This document shows, in pieces, positions 1-9,957 of a DNA stretch of 64,000 bases. Position 1 is the stretch's first letter. Each line of letters opens with the position of its first letter. The position numbers and the translations under genes were made by a program. Source of the DNA: Patescibacteria group bacterium (GTDB lineage: Bacteria > Patescibacteriota > Minisyncoccia > Phycocordibacterales > UBA9973). The notes below the pieces were generated by a model. It saw nothing but the letters and a program-made list of their open reading frames with translations. It was not told where the DNA came from and searched no databases. The DNA lies in assembly GCA_040388575.1 (NCBI GenBank), contig JAZKBO010000004.1, forward strand, positions 5,400 to 69,399, given 5' to 3'.

Positions 1-1
1 A

Positions 2-772
2 AATATTAATGAAAGCTTTGGTGGCTTTACTGTCATAGAAAAAAATAAGATAAGATTTGGGCTATATACAATAAAAAATTTAGGCACTGATATTGCGGAC
101 GCCATCATTGCCGAGCGCGTGCAAAGAGGAGCCTTCAAATCCATCACTGACTTCCTGGACCGTATTAAACACAAAAATTTAAATAAAAAGTCTCTGGAAG
201 CCCTAACCAAATCTGGCAGCTTTGATGAACTGGCGGAACGAGGGCTACTACTGGCAAACACAGAGGACATGCTCGCTTACAATCACGCGGGTGGCAGCCT
301 CAGTAAAAACCAAACATCGCTCTTCGGTGCGAGCACTGTCAAAGCTCCGGAATTTAAATTTAAAAATGAAGGCGTCGCCACCCAAGCGGAAAAATTGCTT
401 TGGGAAAAGGAGCTCCTTGGTTTATATATCTCTGGCCACCCGCTAGATAGAATTCGGGAGAAATTAGAAAAACGTGACATAAATATTAAGAAAATAAAGG
501 AAGGTCAAGAAATAAATGTTGGTAACGGCATGTCGGTAACTATTGCTGGGATTATTGAAACCTCGAGGCAGGTAATTACAAAGAATAATGAGCGCATGGC
601 CTTCCTAAAGATTTCCGACTTCACTGGCTCTATTGAAGCTGTGGCCTTCCCTTCCATATTTAAAGAATCAATGGATATATTGGTGCCCGAAAAATGTATT
701 GCCTTATCTGGCAAAATATCTTTGCGCTCGGGAGAGAAAAGTATAATTATTGAAGGGGTTAAAGAGGTTTAG
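2..772 (+). CDS. dnaE: DNA polymerase III alpha subunit, C-terminal part (5' truncated by window edge)
   Basis: Frame open from base 2 (NINESFGGF...IRFGLYTIKNLG). Contains EKELLGLYISGHPL and the OB-fold MAFLKISDFTGSIEAVAFP motifs. Confidence 0.95.
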   Translation, partial: NINESFGGFTVIEKNKIRFGLYTIKNLGTDIADAIIAERVQRGAFKSITDFLDRIKHKNLNKKSLEALTKSGSFDELAERGLLLANTEDMLAYNHAGGSLSKNQTSLFGASTVKAPEFKFKNEGVATQAEKLLWEKELLGLYISGHPLDRIREKLEKRDINIKKIKEGQEINVGNGMSVTIAGIIETSRQVITKNNERMAFLKISDFTGSIEAVAFPSIFKESMDILVPEKCIALSGKISLRSGEKSIIIEGVKEV

Positions 773-1296
773 TTATACAAACTCATAGCCTTTTCTTTAC
801 TCTCGCCATAGATAGTTTCTACTGCTTCGGCTACTTTCTTAGAAAGCTTTTTGAGTATTTCTAGCTCCGGTTTTTTAAATTCACCTAAGATAAAATTAAT
901 TACTTGCTTCTCGCCGTGCGGCTTCTTTAGTTTACCTGTCGGTGTTGCTGGCGTGATGCCTATTCTTATACGTAGGAACTCCTCACTCTTTAATGTCTTA
1001 ATTATTGAGCCTAGGCCATTGTGCCCGCCGCTAGAGCGGTTAAATGATATCTTCATTTTACCTAGCGGTAAATCAATATCGTCATATATCACTATCAAAT
1101 CTTTCAAATCCTTTTTTGTTTTTATAAATGGTGCAACTTGCTTACCAGACTTATTCATAAAAGTATCTGGCAACAGGAACTTAGCTTTAACTTTTTCAAG
1201 TTTGCTCTCAATTAGGCCGACAATAATCCTGCCGGTGTTGTGTCTGGTGTTTTTATACTCGGGTCCTGGGTTACCGAGTCCGACAATAAGTTTCAT
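769..1296 (-). CDS. pth: Peptidyl-tRNA hydrolase
   Basis: MKLIVGLGNPG...TRHN, TFMNKSG, SSGGHNG. Start moved to ATG 1296, which lies 6 nt after TACAAT. Confidence 0.95.
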   Translation of the reverse strand: MKLIVGLGNPGPEYKNTRHNTGRIIVGLIESKLEKVKAKFLLPDTFMNKSGKQVAPFIKTKKDLKDLIVIYDDIDLPLGKMKISFNRSSGGHNGLGSIIKTLKSEEFLRIRIGITPATPTGKLKKPHGEKQVINFILGEFKKPELEILKKLSKKVAEAVETIYGESKEKAMSLYN

Positions 1297-1357
1297 ATTT
1301 TTATTGTAGAACAAATTTACCCTTACTGTCAATTCTATTGTATGCTATATTATAGCC

Positions 1358-1930
1358 ATGGAAACGGAGAAAATTGAAGAATCAGGCAAAGATAAGTCCG
1401 GCTGGGAGCTCGTACGCTTCGGGGTCATCGCACTCATTCTTGCAATTCTACTCCGCGTGTTCGTCGCTCAACCGTTCGTCGTTTCGGGTTCCTCCATGTT
1501 CCCTACTTTTCAGGACCGCAACTACTTGATAGTGGATGAAATATCATACCGCCTGCATGACCCAGCGCGTGATGATGTAATAATCTTCCGCTACCCTAAC
1601 GACACTACTAAATTTTTCATAAAAAGAGTCATCGGTTTACCAAATGAAACTGTGGACATCAAGGGTAGCGCTGTAACTATTACAAACAAGGCACACCCCG
1701 AAGGATTTGTATTGGATCAGCCCTATGTATTAAACAACTCTGAAAATAAAACTCATTTTGAATTAAAAGATGATGAGTATTTCGTGATGGGCGACAACCG
1801 CAATGCCAGCTCTGACTCCCGCTACTGGGGTGCCGTTCCAAAGAAACTAATAATTGGCAGGGCCTTCGTCCGCCTATGGCCCGTCTCCGGTATTGATATC
1901 CTGCCGGGTAAATATGTCCAAGCAGAGTAA
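1358..1930 (+). CDS. lepB: Signal peptidase I
   Basis: N-terminal TM, SGSSMFPT (catalytic Ser), FIKRVIGLP (Lys), MGDNRNASSDSR. Confidence 0.95.
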   Translation: METEKIEESGKDKSGWELVRFGVIALILAILLRVFVAQPFVVSGSSMFPTFQDRNYLIVDEISYRLHDPARDDVIIFRYPNDTTKFFIKRVIGLPNETVDIKGSAVTITNKAHPEGFVLDQPYVLNNSENKTHFELKDDEYFVMGDNRNASSDSRYWGAVPKKLIIGRAFVRLWPVSGIDILPGKYVQAE

Positions 1931-1937
1931 GAAAAAT

Positions 1938-3227
1938 ATGAAAGAAAATAAAAACCAAGACCTCGCCGCGCCGAAGGGTATGCGAGACATCATGAACGAA
2001 GAGTATTATGCTTTTCAAGGATTTTTTGAAAAGGCTCAGGAGGTGGCTGTCTACTACGGCTTCAAGCCGGTAGATACTCCGATACTTGAGCATGAGGATG
2101 TTTTCACCAGCACAATTGGTGAAGGCACTGACATTGTGGATAAAGAGATGTACACTCTTAAAACTAAGGGTGGTGACCACCTGGCGCTACGACCTGAGCA
2201 TACAGCTCCCCTTATGCGCGCCTATATCGAGCATGGTATGCAATCGCAACCACAGCCGGTTATGTTCTACCAATATGGTCCCGTCTTCCGCCACGACAAG
2301 CCTCAAAAAGGACGTTATAGGCAGTTTTGGCAATTTGATCTTGATTCCCTAGGGAGTGAGAAAAGTATTATGGACGCCCTGGTTATCAAGGCTGGAATGA
2401 GCATCTTAGAAGAGGCAGGCGCAGAGAACCTCTCAATAGATATTAACTCAATTGGAGACAAGGAATGCCGCAGTGGCTATTTAAAAGAGCTTACAAGCTA
2501 TTACAGGAAGCACATTAGTGACTTGGCTCCCATTGATCGGGAACGCCTGAAGACCAATCCCCTCCGAATCCTCGACTCCAAAGAAGAAAAAACTAAAGAA
2601 ATAAATGTTGGTGCTCCTGACTGCGTATCCTTCTTGTGCGTTTCGTGTAAAAAACATTTCAAAGAAGTGCTTGAGTACCTAGAGGAGCTGGGGATCGATT
2701 ACACTATTAACAAGAACCTGGTTCGAGGGCTTTCATATTATACTCGCACTGTTTTTGAAGTTTACACCCCCAGCACTGAAGAAGGTGGAGCTCCAGTACA
2801 AGTAGCATCTGGCGGTAGATATGATTACCTAGCGCGCCAACTTGGCGGCAAGCGCGATGTACCAGCAGTAGGATTTTCTATGGGTGTAGACCGTGTAGTA
2901 GGCTCCCCGTGGTATAAAAAGCTTTCTCCTCGTATTTTAAAGAAACCAAAAATTTATTTCATTCAGCTTGGTGCAGAAGCGAAGCTAAAGAGTTTAAACA
3001 TAATAGAAGCACTACGCAAGGCTCATATCCCAATCGCACAATCTATATCTAAAGACAGCCTTGGCTCCCAGCTCTCTATTGCTGAAAAGCTTGCCATCCC
3101 CTACGCACTCATCTTCGGCGTTAAGGAAGCAATTGAAAACTCTGTAATAGTGCGCGATATGTCCAACCGCTCTCAAGATACGGTAAAGATTTCTAAGCTA
3201 GTTGAATATCTAAAAGACTTGAAGTAA
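1938..3227 (+). CDS. hisS: Histidine--tRNA ligase
   Basis: PKGMRD, LRPEHTA, FRHDKPQKGRYRQFWQ, LVRGLSYY, GGRYD. Start moved to ATG 1938. Confidence 0.95.
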   Translation: MKENKNQDLAAPKGMRDIMNEEYYAFQGFFEKAQEVAVYYGFKPVDTPILEHEDVFTSTIGEGTDIVDKEMYTLKTKGGDHLALRPEHTAPLMRAYIEHGMQSQPQPVMFYQYGPVFRHDKPQKGRYRQFWQFDLDSLGSEKSIMDALVIKAGMSILEEAGAENLSIDINSIGDKECRSGYLKELTSYYRKHISDLAPIDRERLKTNPLRILDSKEEKTKEINVGAPDCVSFLCVSCKKHFKEVLEYLEELGIDYTINKNLVRGLSYYTRTVFEVYTPSTEEGGAPVQVASGGRYDYLARQLGGKRDVPAVGFSMGVDRVVGSPWYKKLSPRILKKPKIYFIQLGAEAKLKSLNIIEALRKAHIPIAQSISKDSLGSQLSIAEKLAIPYALIFGVKEAIENSVIVRDMSNRSQDTVKISKLVEYLKDLK

Positions 3228-3232
3228 ACGGA

Positions 3233-3775
3233 ATGAAGAAAATTCTTCAACAGAAAGAAAAAGTCTTGAGGCAAGTAGCGAAAGAACTACCCATTGCCGA
3301 CATAAAAACTCCTAAAATTAAGAAAATTTTGAAGGAAATGTCTCTAGCTCTCAAGAGCCAGGATGACGGTGTAGCCATAGCGGCGCCACAGATAGGTTAC
3401 TCGCTTCGGATTTTTGTTGTTTCCGGTAAAATATTTAGGAAAGATTTTTTAGATAAAAGAGATAGGGAAATAGATGGGAAAGATAAAATTGAAGATACCC
3501 CAAAGGATTTAGTTTTCATAAATCCTAAAATTTCCAAACTCTCGCGGGAAAAGGAATGGGTGCCTGAGGGCTGCCTATCCGTGCGCTGGCTCTACGGCAA
3601 GACTTTCCGCTCCAAAAAAGCATTAATTACCGGCTATGACGAAACTGGTAAGAAGTTCACCCGCGGCGCCGCAGGCCTCCTGGCGCAAATTTTCCAGCAT
3701 GAAACAGACCACCTAAATGGCATCCTCTTCATCGATCACGCTAAGGAAGTAAAGGAAGAAAAACCAATAAAATAA
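3233..3775 (+). CDS. def: Peptide deformylase
   Basis: GVAIAAPQIG, EGCLS and QHETDHLNG motifs. Confidence 0.96.
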   Translation: MKKILQQKEKVLRQVAKELPIADIKTPKIKKILKEMSLALKSQDDGVAIAAPQIGYSLRIFVVSGKIFRKDFLDKRDREIDGKDKIEDTPKDLVFINPKISKLSREKEWVPEGCLSVRWLYGKTFRSKKALITGYDETGKKFTRGAAGLLAQIFQHETDHLNGILFIDHAKEVKEEKPIK

Positions 3776-3776
3776 A

Positions 3777-4577
3777 ATGCACGAGAAAAACGAGAAATTA
3801 AATTTTACATTCTTCGGTACGCCGGATGTGGCCGCTGAGACATTAGAGATATTGAAGCAAGCAGGTCTTTTGCCTTCGGTTATTGTGACCTCACCAGATT
3901 CTCGAGCAGGCAGAGGAATGCATATGCAAGCAACTCCCGCGGCAAAATTTGCAGAAGAAAATAAAATAACTTGCTATAAAAATCTTGAAAATATTCCGGA
4001 TGCAGATTTGTTTGTGGTGGTTGCTTTTGGTAAAATATTATCTGAAAAAATTATAAACACTCCGAAATTGGGCTCTCTTAATATCCACTATTCCCTACTT
4101 CCTAAGTACCGCGGCGCCTCCCCTGTGGAAAGTGCAATATTAAATGGGGATGCAGAAACAGGTGTAACAATTCAAAAGATGGTTTATGAGTTAGATGCGG
4201 GTAACATCGTAGCTCAAGAAAAAACTGTGATTAACGCTGAAGAAACTGCGCCAGAACTCCGCAAAAGATTAATAAAACAAGGTGGTGAGCTCTTGGTTAA
4301 AACTCTGCCCCAATTTGTTGAGGGTAAACTCAAAGAAATTCCGCAAGACGAAACCCAAGCCACATTTTGTAAAAAAATAAAAAAGGAAGATGGGTTGATT
4401 GATTTACAAGACAACGGTGCAAAAAATTACAACAAATTCCGTGCCTACGCCACCTGGCCGCGTACTTTTTTCTTCAAAGACGGCAAGCGCATAATAATCA
4501 CTGCCGCCGCGCTCGAAGACGGCAAATTCGTAATCAAAAAAGTTATTCCCGAAGGGGGTAAAGAGCAAAACTATTAA
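3777..4577 (+). CDS. fmt: Methionyl-tRNA formyltransferase
   Basis: FFGTP, NIHYSLLPKYRGASP, LDAG; directly follows def. Confidence 0.95.
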   Translation: MHEKNEKLNFTFFGTPDVAAETLEILKQAGLLPSVIVTSPDSRAGRGMHMQATPAAKFAEENKITCYKNLENIPDADLFVVVAFGKILSEKIINTPKLGSLNIHYSLLPKYRGASPVESAILNGDAETGVTIQKMVYELDAGNIVAQEKTVINAEETAPELRKRLIKQGGELLVKTLPQFVEGKLKEIPQDETQATFCKKIKKEDGLIDLQDNGAKNYNKFRAYATWPRTFFFKDGKRIIITAAALEDGKFVIKKVIPEGGKEQNY

Positions 4578-5252
4578 CTAAAATTCACGAGGTCCTTTTA
4601 ATGCAGTTTTTTTAATTGTCTCTCTGTCTTGAGATATATCAAGCATTTTCCCATATGTGTCCCCCATTTTTCCACAATCCGATATAGCATAAGCTTGTTT
4701 GAGACGATCTCCCTCACCACTAGCAACTATCTCTTCAAAAATTTCTTTTAAAACACCCAATCTTTCTGCAAATTTTCCTGGTTCTTTCATTATTCCTAAG
4801 TTTATAGTTGAACCATTTTTTTCGTATGTATTTACAAAATCCCGGAACAAATCCGAATTTCTATTTTCAATTTCAACCTGCTGACCCGAAATTTCTTTAA
4901 CTTTTATGGCTTCATCTGCTTTTTCGATAACCTGTTTTACGATGTCATCTTCCTGAACACCCATGCCTACTATGATTTCGCCATTACTTTCAACCTTAAC
5001 CCCATCCCCCATATTTCGAAAAATAATTCTTAGTTGAGCAAATTTTTCAGCATTTATCAAACCTTTTATTTTTGCCAATGCGCCTGCACACCTATCTACT
5101 GTATATTGAGTATATGTACCCTCATTGTAAAGAGAGAACTGCGCATTTGGGAAAGCTGTCTGTATGTCTGCTAGAGTTTTAAAATTACCTGCAGCTGCAA
5201 CTTTATTTTCAGGACTAACTGGTTTACTGCCTGGGGCTTGATCAAAATTCAT
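4578..5252 (-). CDS. Hypothetical protein (AT-rich orphan)
   Basis: 224-aa ORF filling the gap between fmt and hpf; no motif recognised. Confidence 0.7.
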   Translation of the reverse strand: MNFDQAPGSKPVSPENKVAAAGNFKTLADIQTAFPNAQFSLYNEGTYTQYTVDRCAGALAKIKGLINAEKFAQLRIIFRNMGDGVKVESNGEIIVGMGVQEDDIVKQVIEKADEAIKVKEISGQQVEIENRNSDLFRDFVNTYEKNGSTINLGIMKEPGKFAERLGVLKEIFEEIVASGEGDRLKQAYAISDCGKMGDTYGKMLDISQDRETIKKTALKGPREF

Positions 5253-5269
5253 ATATTTATTGTTAATAA

Positions 5270-5668
5270 TTAGTATTTCGAAGTAAAAGGATTCCTCTTT
5301 GAGAGCCCTTTCATCATTTTTTTGACACTGCGAGCGCCGCGGAGGAGTAGGGTCTGGCGGCGGCCTTTGCTTTTATTTATTTCGTTATAAAGAGTCTCTT
5401 TTATTTGGTCCACCGCGGCATACAGATCCACTTCGTCAGCACTAGCATAGAACTCTTCCCCTTTGATATTAATCAAACAGTCAGCATGAAAGATCTCCCC
5501 TGTTTTATGATGATTGGTGCTTTTAGCAACTTCGAAATTCACCATTACTTCCCCACCTCCCTCTTCAATGTTCTTTAAAAGCTTTTCTAGATTGGTAACT
5601 CTCTTTTCTACATAATCATGTATGGGAGGGGTCAACTCCATATTGGTGGCCTTTAAGTTTATTTTCAT
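5270..5668 (-). CDS. hpf: Ribosome hibernation factor HPF/RaiA
   Basis: MKINLKATNMELTP..DYVEKR and DLYAAVD motifs. Start moved to ATG 5668. Confidence 0.9.
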   Translation of the reverse strand: MKINLKATNMELTPPIHDYVEKRVTNLEKLLKNIEEGGGEVMVNFEVAKSTNHHKTGEIFHADCLINIKGEEFYASADEVDLYAAVDQIKETLYNEINKSKGRRQTLLLRGARSVKKMMKGLSKRNPFTSKY

Positions 5669-5686
5669 ATATTTATTGTAACACAC

Positions 5687-7618
5687 CTAACGCACCCTTA
5701 TTCCATGACGTAGTGCTTGAGTAATTATGTCAATTTTCATCGTTGCCACCCCTACCACTTTATCCGCACCACCATAGTATATATAAAGCAGTTTGTCTTT
5801 TACCACCATGCCGCATGGAAAAACAACATTATTAACTACTCCTTCCTTTTCATACTTCTCTTCTGGGCTAAAAATAGGGTCGGCACTGCGGGCCAATACC
5901 AGGGCTGGGTCTTTAAGGTCAAGGAGTAATGCCCCCACTCGGTAAGTATGGTGGTTATGGGATATGCCGTGATATAAAAGTAGCCAGCCATACTTGGTTT
6001 TAATAGGCGGAGCAGTGATTCCTACCTTTTCACTGTCCCAAGTATTTATTCGCGGGCCAATAATTCGGATGCACTTTTTAACTGTTTCGTTTTTAAAGTT
6101 AAGTGTTGGTAGATAATCCCCACAAATTTCATGTCCCACGCGATGTAAAATCAAATATCCATCCGGAAACTTCTCTGGGAAAATACAAGTGTCTTTATCA
6201 TCGAAGTCCTGCGGCGTAATTAAAAATGGCTTTTCCCATTTCCACTTACGAGCGAGGAAATCTTTTTCAGTAATTGATGACACCGCTACTCTGGGTGGTC
6301 CGACACCATCAAATGCGGTATAGCAAATGTAAATATTTTTACCAATCTTAGTCAGACGTGGATCTTCACAGCCAGAGTTACCACCAGCAATTTTCTTATT
6401 TTCAAAATCTTCACGTGGTACATAGATTGGTTCTACCAGGCGCTCAGTAATATTTAGACCGTCCAGCGATAGCGCATAACCGAAGGCAGATGTATTATCG
6501 TTGGACATGGCCCGATAGACAATATGGGTTTTATCTTTGATTTGTATCGCCGCAGGGTTAAATACTGCTTGAGCTTCCCAAGCATTTTCGGGCCGTGGTA
6601 AGAGGATGGGATTGCCGGCAAAGCGTTTAAAATGGAACTCGTCTACTACATGGCCACGCATGGTGCCAACTATGTCATTAATATTTACATGCACTGCACA
6701 TACTGTAGTATCAGCCGCGCCATAATAAATAGTAAGTGTATCCTTAATAAGTACTGCGCCAGATGGAAAGACAATATTACCCACATAGCCAGTAAGTTCG
6801 TAAGCTTCCTCCGGCACAAGGATGGGGCCTTCGGTCCGGCCGATAATTTTCCTAGGGTCATTTAAGTCCAAGAGGAGGGCTTCAATTCCAAATATTCTTT
6901 TACCATTATTGGTATTAAAATAGTTTTGTATATAAGAATAAATAAGTAGCCAGCCATCCTTAGTTTTTATAGGCGTCGCTCCTACCTCCACATGGTCCGC
7001 CTCTGCCCGTTTTGGATTTATAGTATGCTCATCAATCTCATTCTGCCATTTTTGCCAAAATGAAGGTGACCACAACTCTTCCATATGGTCGACTTGCGCA
7101 ATAGCCATTTTGGTTGGCGGTGAGTCGGTGTGAGCCGAAAAAATAACAGTGATTTTACCATTTATTCTCTCTGGAAAAAGAGTCATGGCTTTGGCATTAA
7201 ATGGCGTAACGAGATGCTTCTTATCTACCTTTTTTAAATTCTTTGATATAGCCACCGCCACCTTAATGCCTGAGGCTTCATAAGGATACTTTGAAAGTGC
7301 GGTGTAAAAAGTATAATAATTGCCTTCAAAAAAAGTTATTCGTGGATCCTCGCAACCAAACTTTTCCCATTCCTCTTCGGCTATGATAAATGGCAACCTA
7401 TTATCAAAATCAATACCGTCTTTGCTCTCAACAATCCCGATTGTGGAAGTCTGTTCTGGCTTCCTCAACATATCTTTCAGGGAGATGGCTCGATAGAGCC
7501 CATAAAATTTGCCCCCCTTCTTTACCACACTCATGTTAAAAGTGGCGAAGGCTTCCCAGTAATGGTCTCTGTCTGGTACCAGTATTGGATTGTGATGTGA
7601 TCTGCGTGCAACAAACAT
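5687..7618 (-). CDS. GH130-like glycoside phosphorylase/hydrolase with two tandem domains
   Basis: Two copies each of NPIL.P..WE...FN, GCEDPR, P(P)IKT..GWLL.Y, N(I/V)VFP.G and YYG.AD. Confidence 0.85.
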   Translation of the reverse strand: MFVARRSHHNPILVPDRDHYWEAFATFNMSVVKKGGKFYGLYRAISLKDMLRKPEQTSTIGIVESKDGIDFDNRLPFIIAEEEWEKFGCEDPRITFFEGNYYTFYTALSKYPYEASGIKVAVAISKNLKKVDKKHLVTPFNAKAMTLFPERINGKITVIFSAHTDSPPTKMAIAQVDHMEELWSPSFWQKWQNEIDEHTINPKRAEADHVEVGATPIKTKDGWLLIYSYIQNYFNTNNGKRIFGIEALLLDLNDPRKIIGRTEGPILVPEEAYELTGYVGNIVFPSGAVLIKDTLTIYYGAADTTVCAVHVNINDIVGTMRGHVVDEFHFKRFAGNPILLPRPENAWEAQAVFNPAAIQIKDKTHIVYRAMSNDNTSAFGYALSLDGLNITERLVEPIYVPREDFENKKIAGGNSGCEDPRLTKIGKNIYICYTAFDGVGPPRVAVSSITEKDFLARKWKWEKPFLITPQDFDDKDTCIFPEKFPDGYLILHRVGHEICGDYLPTLNFKNETVKKCIRIIGPRINTWDSEKVGITAPPIKTKYGWLLLYHGISHNHHTYRVGALLLDLKDPALVLARSADPIFSPEEKYEKEGVVNNVVFPCGMVVKDKLLYIYYGGADKVVGVATMKIDIITQALRHGIRVR

Positions 7619-7621
7619 AAA

Positions 7622-8824
7622 TTACAAATTTTTAATAGATTTTTTTGAAAAAACTATATTTTTCCCTGTTTTTAATTTTTTTAAAAATTCCTCCAGGTTG
7701 GTATGAGCTACCGCAATACGTTTATCACCCCCACCATAATAAATAAACAATGTACCGTCTTTCACTACTGCCCCGCTCGCATATATAATACCTGGCTTCC
7801 AATCATTTTCATACCACATGTCTGGTTCGAGTATTGGATGGTTGGCGCGATATAGAACGCGTGTCGGGTCCTTTAAATCAAGCAGAAGAGCACCGACTTT
7901 GTATCGGTTGGGGTCATCTTTATCCATGGCATGGTAAAACAACAACCACCCCTCCTTAGTTTTTATTGGTGGTGCCGCAGCACTACGAGTACGGTTATGC
8001 CAAGCAACAATATGGTCCGGGAGGGTGTGTACATCCGGAGCTTCGGCCTGGGTGGGTGTTTTATACATATTAAGATCATCTAAATACGCTATGTGGACAC
8101 GTGAAGCATCACCTAGGTCCAGATTATGGAAAAGTGCGAATTTGCCATTAATTTTCTCAGGAAAGAGGACCCAATTTTTTTGCCTATCACCAGGACGGGA
8201 TAAGTAAGTAAATTTACTCCAATTCCACTTTTTGGCTGACAAACTCTCTCCAGAGATTGAAGTAACGCCAACACGCATAGACTCCCAGCCGTTGAACATA
8301 TTAAAAGTAAGGTAAATCTGACCATCAATTTTTACTGCTCGGGGGTCCTCACAACCACCCCACCCCCCGCCAGATGCATAAAGTACTGGATCGTAAACGA
8401 GCCGAGCAGGTGAAGTATACGGGTAATGCGCCATGGCATCATTTATTTCCTCCGCAACATAAACTGGGTGAGGAAGCCTTTCATAAAAATTAATTCCATC
8501 CGAACTTGAAGCGTAACCAATTCGTGACATTCCGTCATGTCCAAGTGCGCGATAAAATAAATGGATGCGTCCATCATGCACTACTGCTGCTGGGTTAAAG
8601 ACTGCTTCCGACTCCCAAGGTGAATGAGGGGATGGTTCCATTATTGGATTACCGATAAATTTCTTAATAAGAACTGGGTGTGTTTTCTTTACTATCTTCT
8701 TTACTATTTTCTTTGTTGTTTTTTTGGCTGTAACCTTTACCCGGCTCTTTTTAGGAGTAACTTTTTTGACTGTAACTTTCTTTGTCTTTTTTGCTATTAC
8801 TTTTTTCTTTTTAAGCTCGGCCAT
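7622..8824 (-). CDS. GH130-like glycoside phosphorylase/hydrolase with Lys-rich N-terminal tail
   Basis: GNPIMEP..WESEAVFNP, GCEDPR, QKNWVLFP, PPIKTKEGWLLFYH, YYGGGD. Likely start MAELKKKK at 8824. Confidence 0.85.
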   Translation of the reverse strand: MAELKKKKVIAKKTKKVTVKKVTPKKSRVKVTAKKTTKKIVKKIVKKTHPVLIKKFIGNPIMEPSPHSPWESEAVFNPAAVVHDGRIHLFYRALGHDGMSRIGYASSSDGINFYERLPHPVYVAEEINDAMAHYPYTSPARLVYDPVLYASGGGWGGCEDPRAVKIDGQIYLTFNMFNGWESMRVGVTSISGESLSAKKWNWSKFTYLSRPGDRQKNWVLFPEKINGKFALFHNLDLGDASRVHIAYLDDLNMYKTPTQAEAPDVHTLPDHIVAWHNRTRSAAAPPIKTKEGWLLFYHAMDKDDPNRYKVGALLLDLKDPTRVLYRANHPILEPDMWYENDWKPGIIYASGAVVKDGTLFIYYGGGDKRIAVAHTNLEEFLKKLKTGKNIVFSKKSIKNL

Positions 8825-9161
8825 ATTTGTCCTCATAGCGAGTAATGTCTTCTTCGTCGAACTCGCCAGTAGCGACTTCAACTAATAACATTCCGGATGG
8901 CCCTGCTATCCAGCGATGCTTGGCACCGACCGGTGCCGTGTATTCAGCGCCAGGTGAAATTTTAAATATTTTGTCATCAATATGAACTTCACCATCGCCC
9001 TCGATAAAATACCAAAATTCAGAACGTTTGGTGTGGCTCTGCCAGCTTGTCTCTTCATTAGGTTTAACTTTATGAACTTTAACGGTTGATGGGCTATTTA
9101 AAGTAAGCTGGCGAAAAGATCCCCAAGGACGCTCTATAGTAAAAGGTGTGAAATCTGACAT
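8811..9161 (-). CDS. Mannose-6-phosphate isomerase type II C-terminal cupin
   Basis: ERPWGSF, SWQSH..RSEFW, EEDITRYEDKYGR. Confidence 0.85.
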   Translation of the reverse strand: MSDFTPFTIERPWGSFRQLTLNSPSTVKVHKVKPNEETSWQSHTKRSEFWYFIEGDGEVHIDDKIFKISPGAEYTAPVGAKHRWIAGPSGMLLVEVATGEFDEEDITRYEDKYGRA

Positions 9162-9188
9162 CTTTTAATTATATAACTTATCGTTCTT

Positions 9189-9956
9189 TTAGCCAATCCA
9201 GCCTTGTATAAATTTAGCTGTTTCTTCGGGGCCCTTCACAGCTATGGTCTCGAACCCTGCCTCCTTAACAGAGTAGTCATTTCCTCCTGGAAAAAGGCCA
9301 TCCCCTACAAAGACCATATCGGATTTTTGAAATCCGAGCTTATTCAACAATTTCGTGAGCCCAACACCTTTGTTATAACCCTTCGGAACAATATCAATGC
9401 TAGAGTATGCGTTAATTAAAAAGCTAACCTCTGGCAACAGCGGTTCTAGTATTGAAACTATTTTTTGTCTTTTTCGTTTGTCTGGATCCCAGGCCCTCTT
9501 TGCTTCAATATTCGCAAGTTGTCCACAGCCAGAAAAAGTTATTTGCGTGTCTCTATCTTCTACAATTTCGCCAGCTGGATTAGGTGGTATTTCATATAAA
9601 CCGGAATCGATTATTTCTTTTAGGAATTTTTTAATCTTAGTTTTTATATTTTCATCTAAAAGTTCCTTATCTGTGATTTGCCAATCTTTTTTTACTTTAT
9701 CGTATTCATACTGTTGGGTTGCGCTAGTCGGTAATAAAATTAAATTATGAATATAAGGGAGAAAAGAATTGTCATTTAAAAATGGCGGTAAAAATTGTGT
9801 TTGAAATTGCTTAAGACTTCCACCACTAGTAACAACTACAATAATTTTTTTTATTAATTGCTTTACTAATTCTCCCATTTCTGGGGTAATTGGAGACTTG
9901 CTGACAGCGAGCGTGCCGTCAAGATCAAAAGAAATAACCTTTTTGTTTGGCAACAT
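9189..9956 (-). CDS. HAD-IIB hydrolase, phosphomannomutase-like
   Basis: FDLDGTL, EDRDTQITFS, SIDI..KG.NK, FVGDGLFPGGNDY. Confidence 0.8.
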   Translation of the reverse strand: MLPNKKVISFDLDGTLAVSKSPITPEMGELVKQLIKKIIVVVTSGGSLKQFQTQFLPPFLNDNSFLPYIHNLILLPTSATQQYEYDKVKKDWQITDKELLDENIKTKIKKFLKEIIDSGLYEIPPNPAGEIVEDRDTQITFSGCGQLANIEAKRAWDPDKRKRQKIVSILEPLLPEVSFLINAYSSIDIVPKGYNKGVGLTKLLNKLGFQKSDMVFVGDGLFPGGNDYSVKEAGFETIAVKGPEETAKFIQGWIG

Positions 9957-9957
9957 T

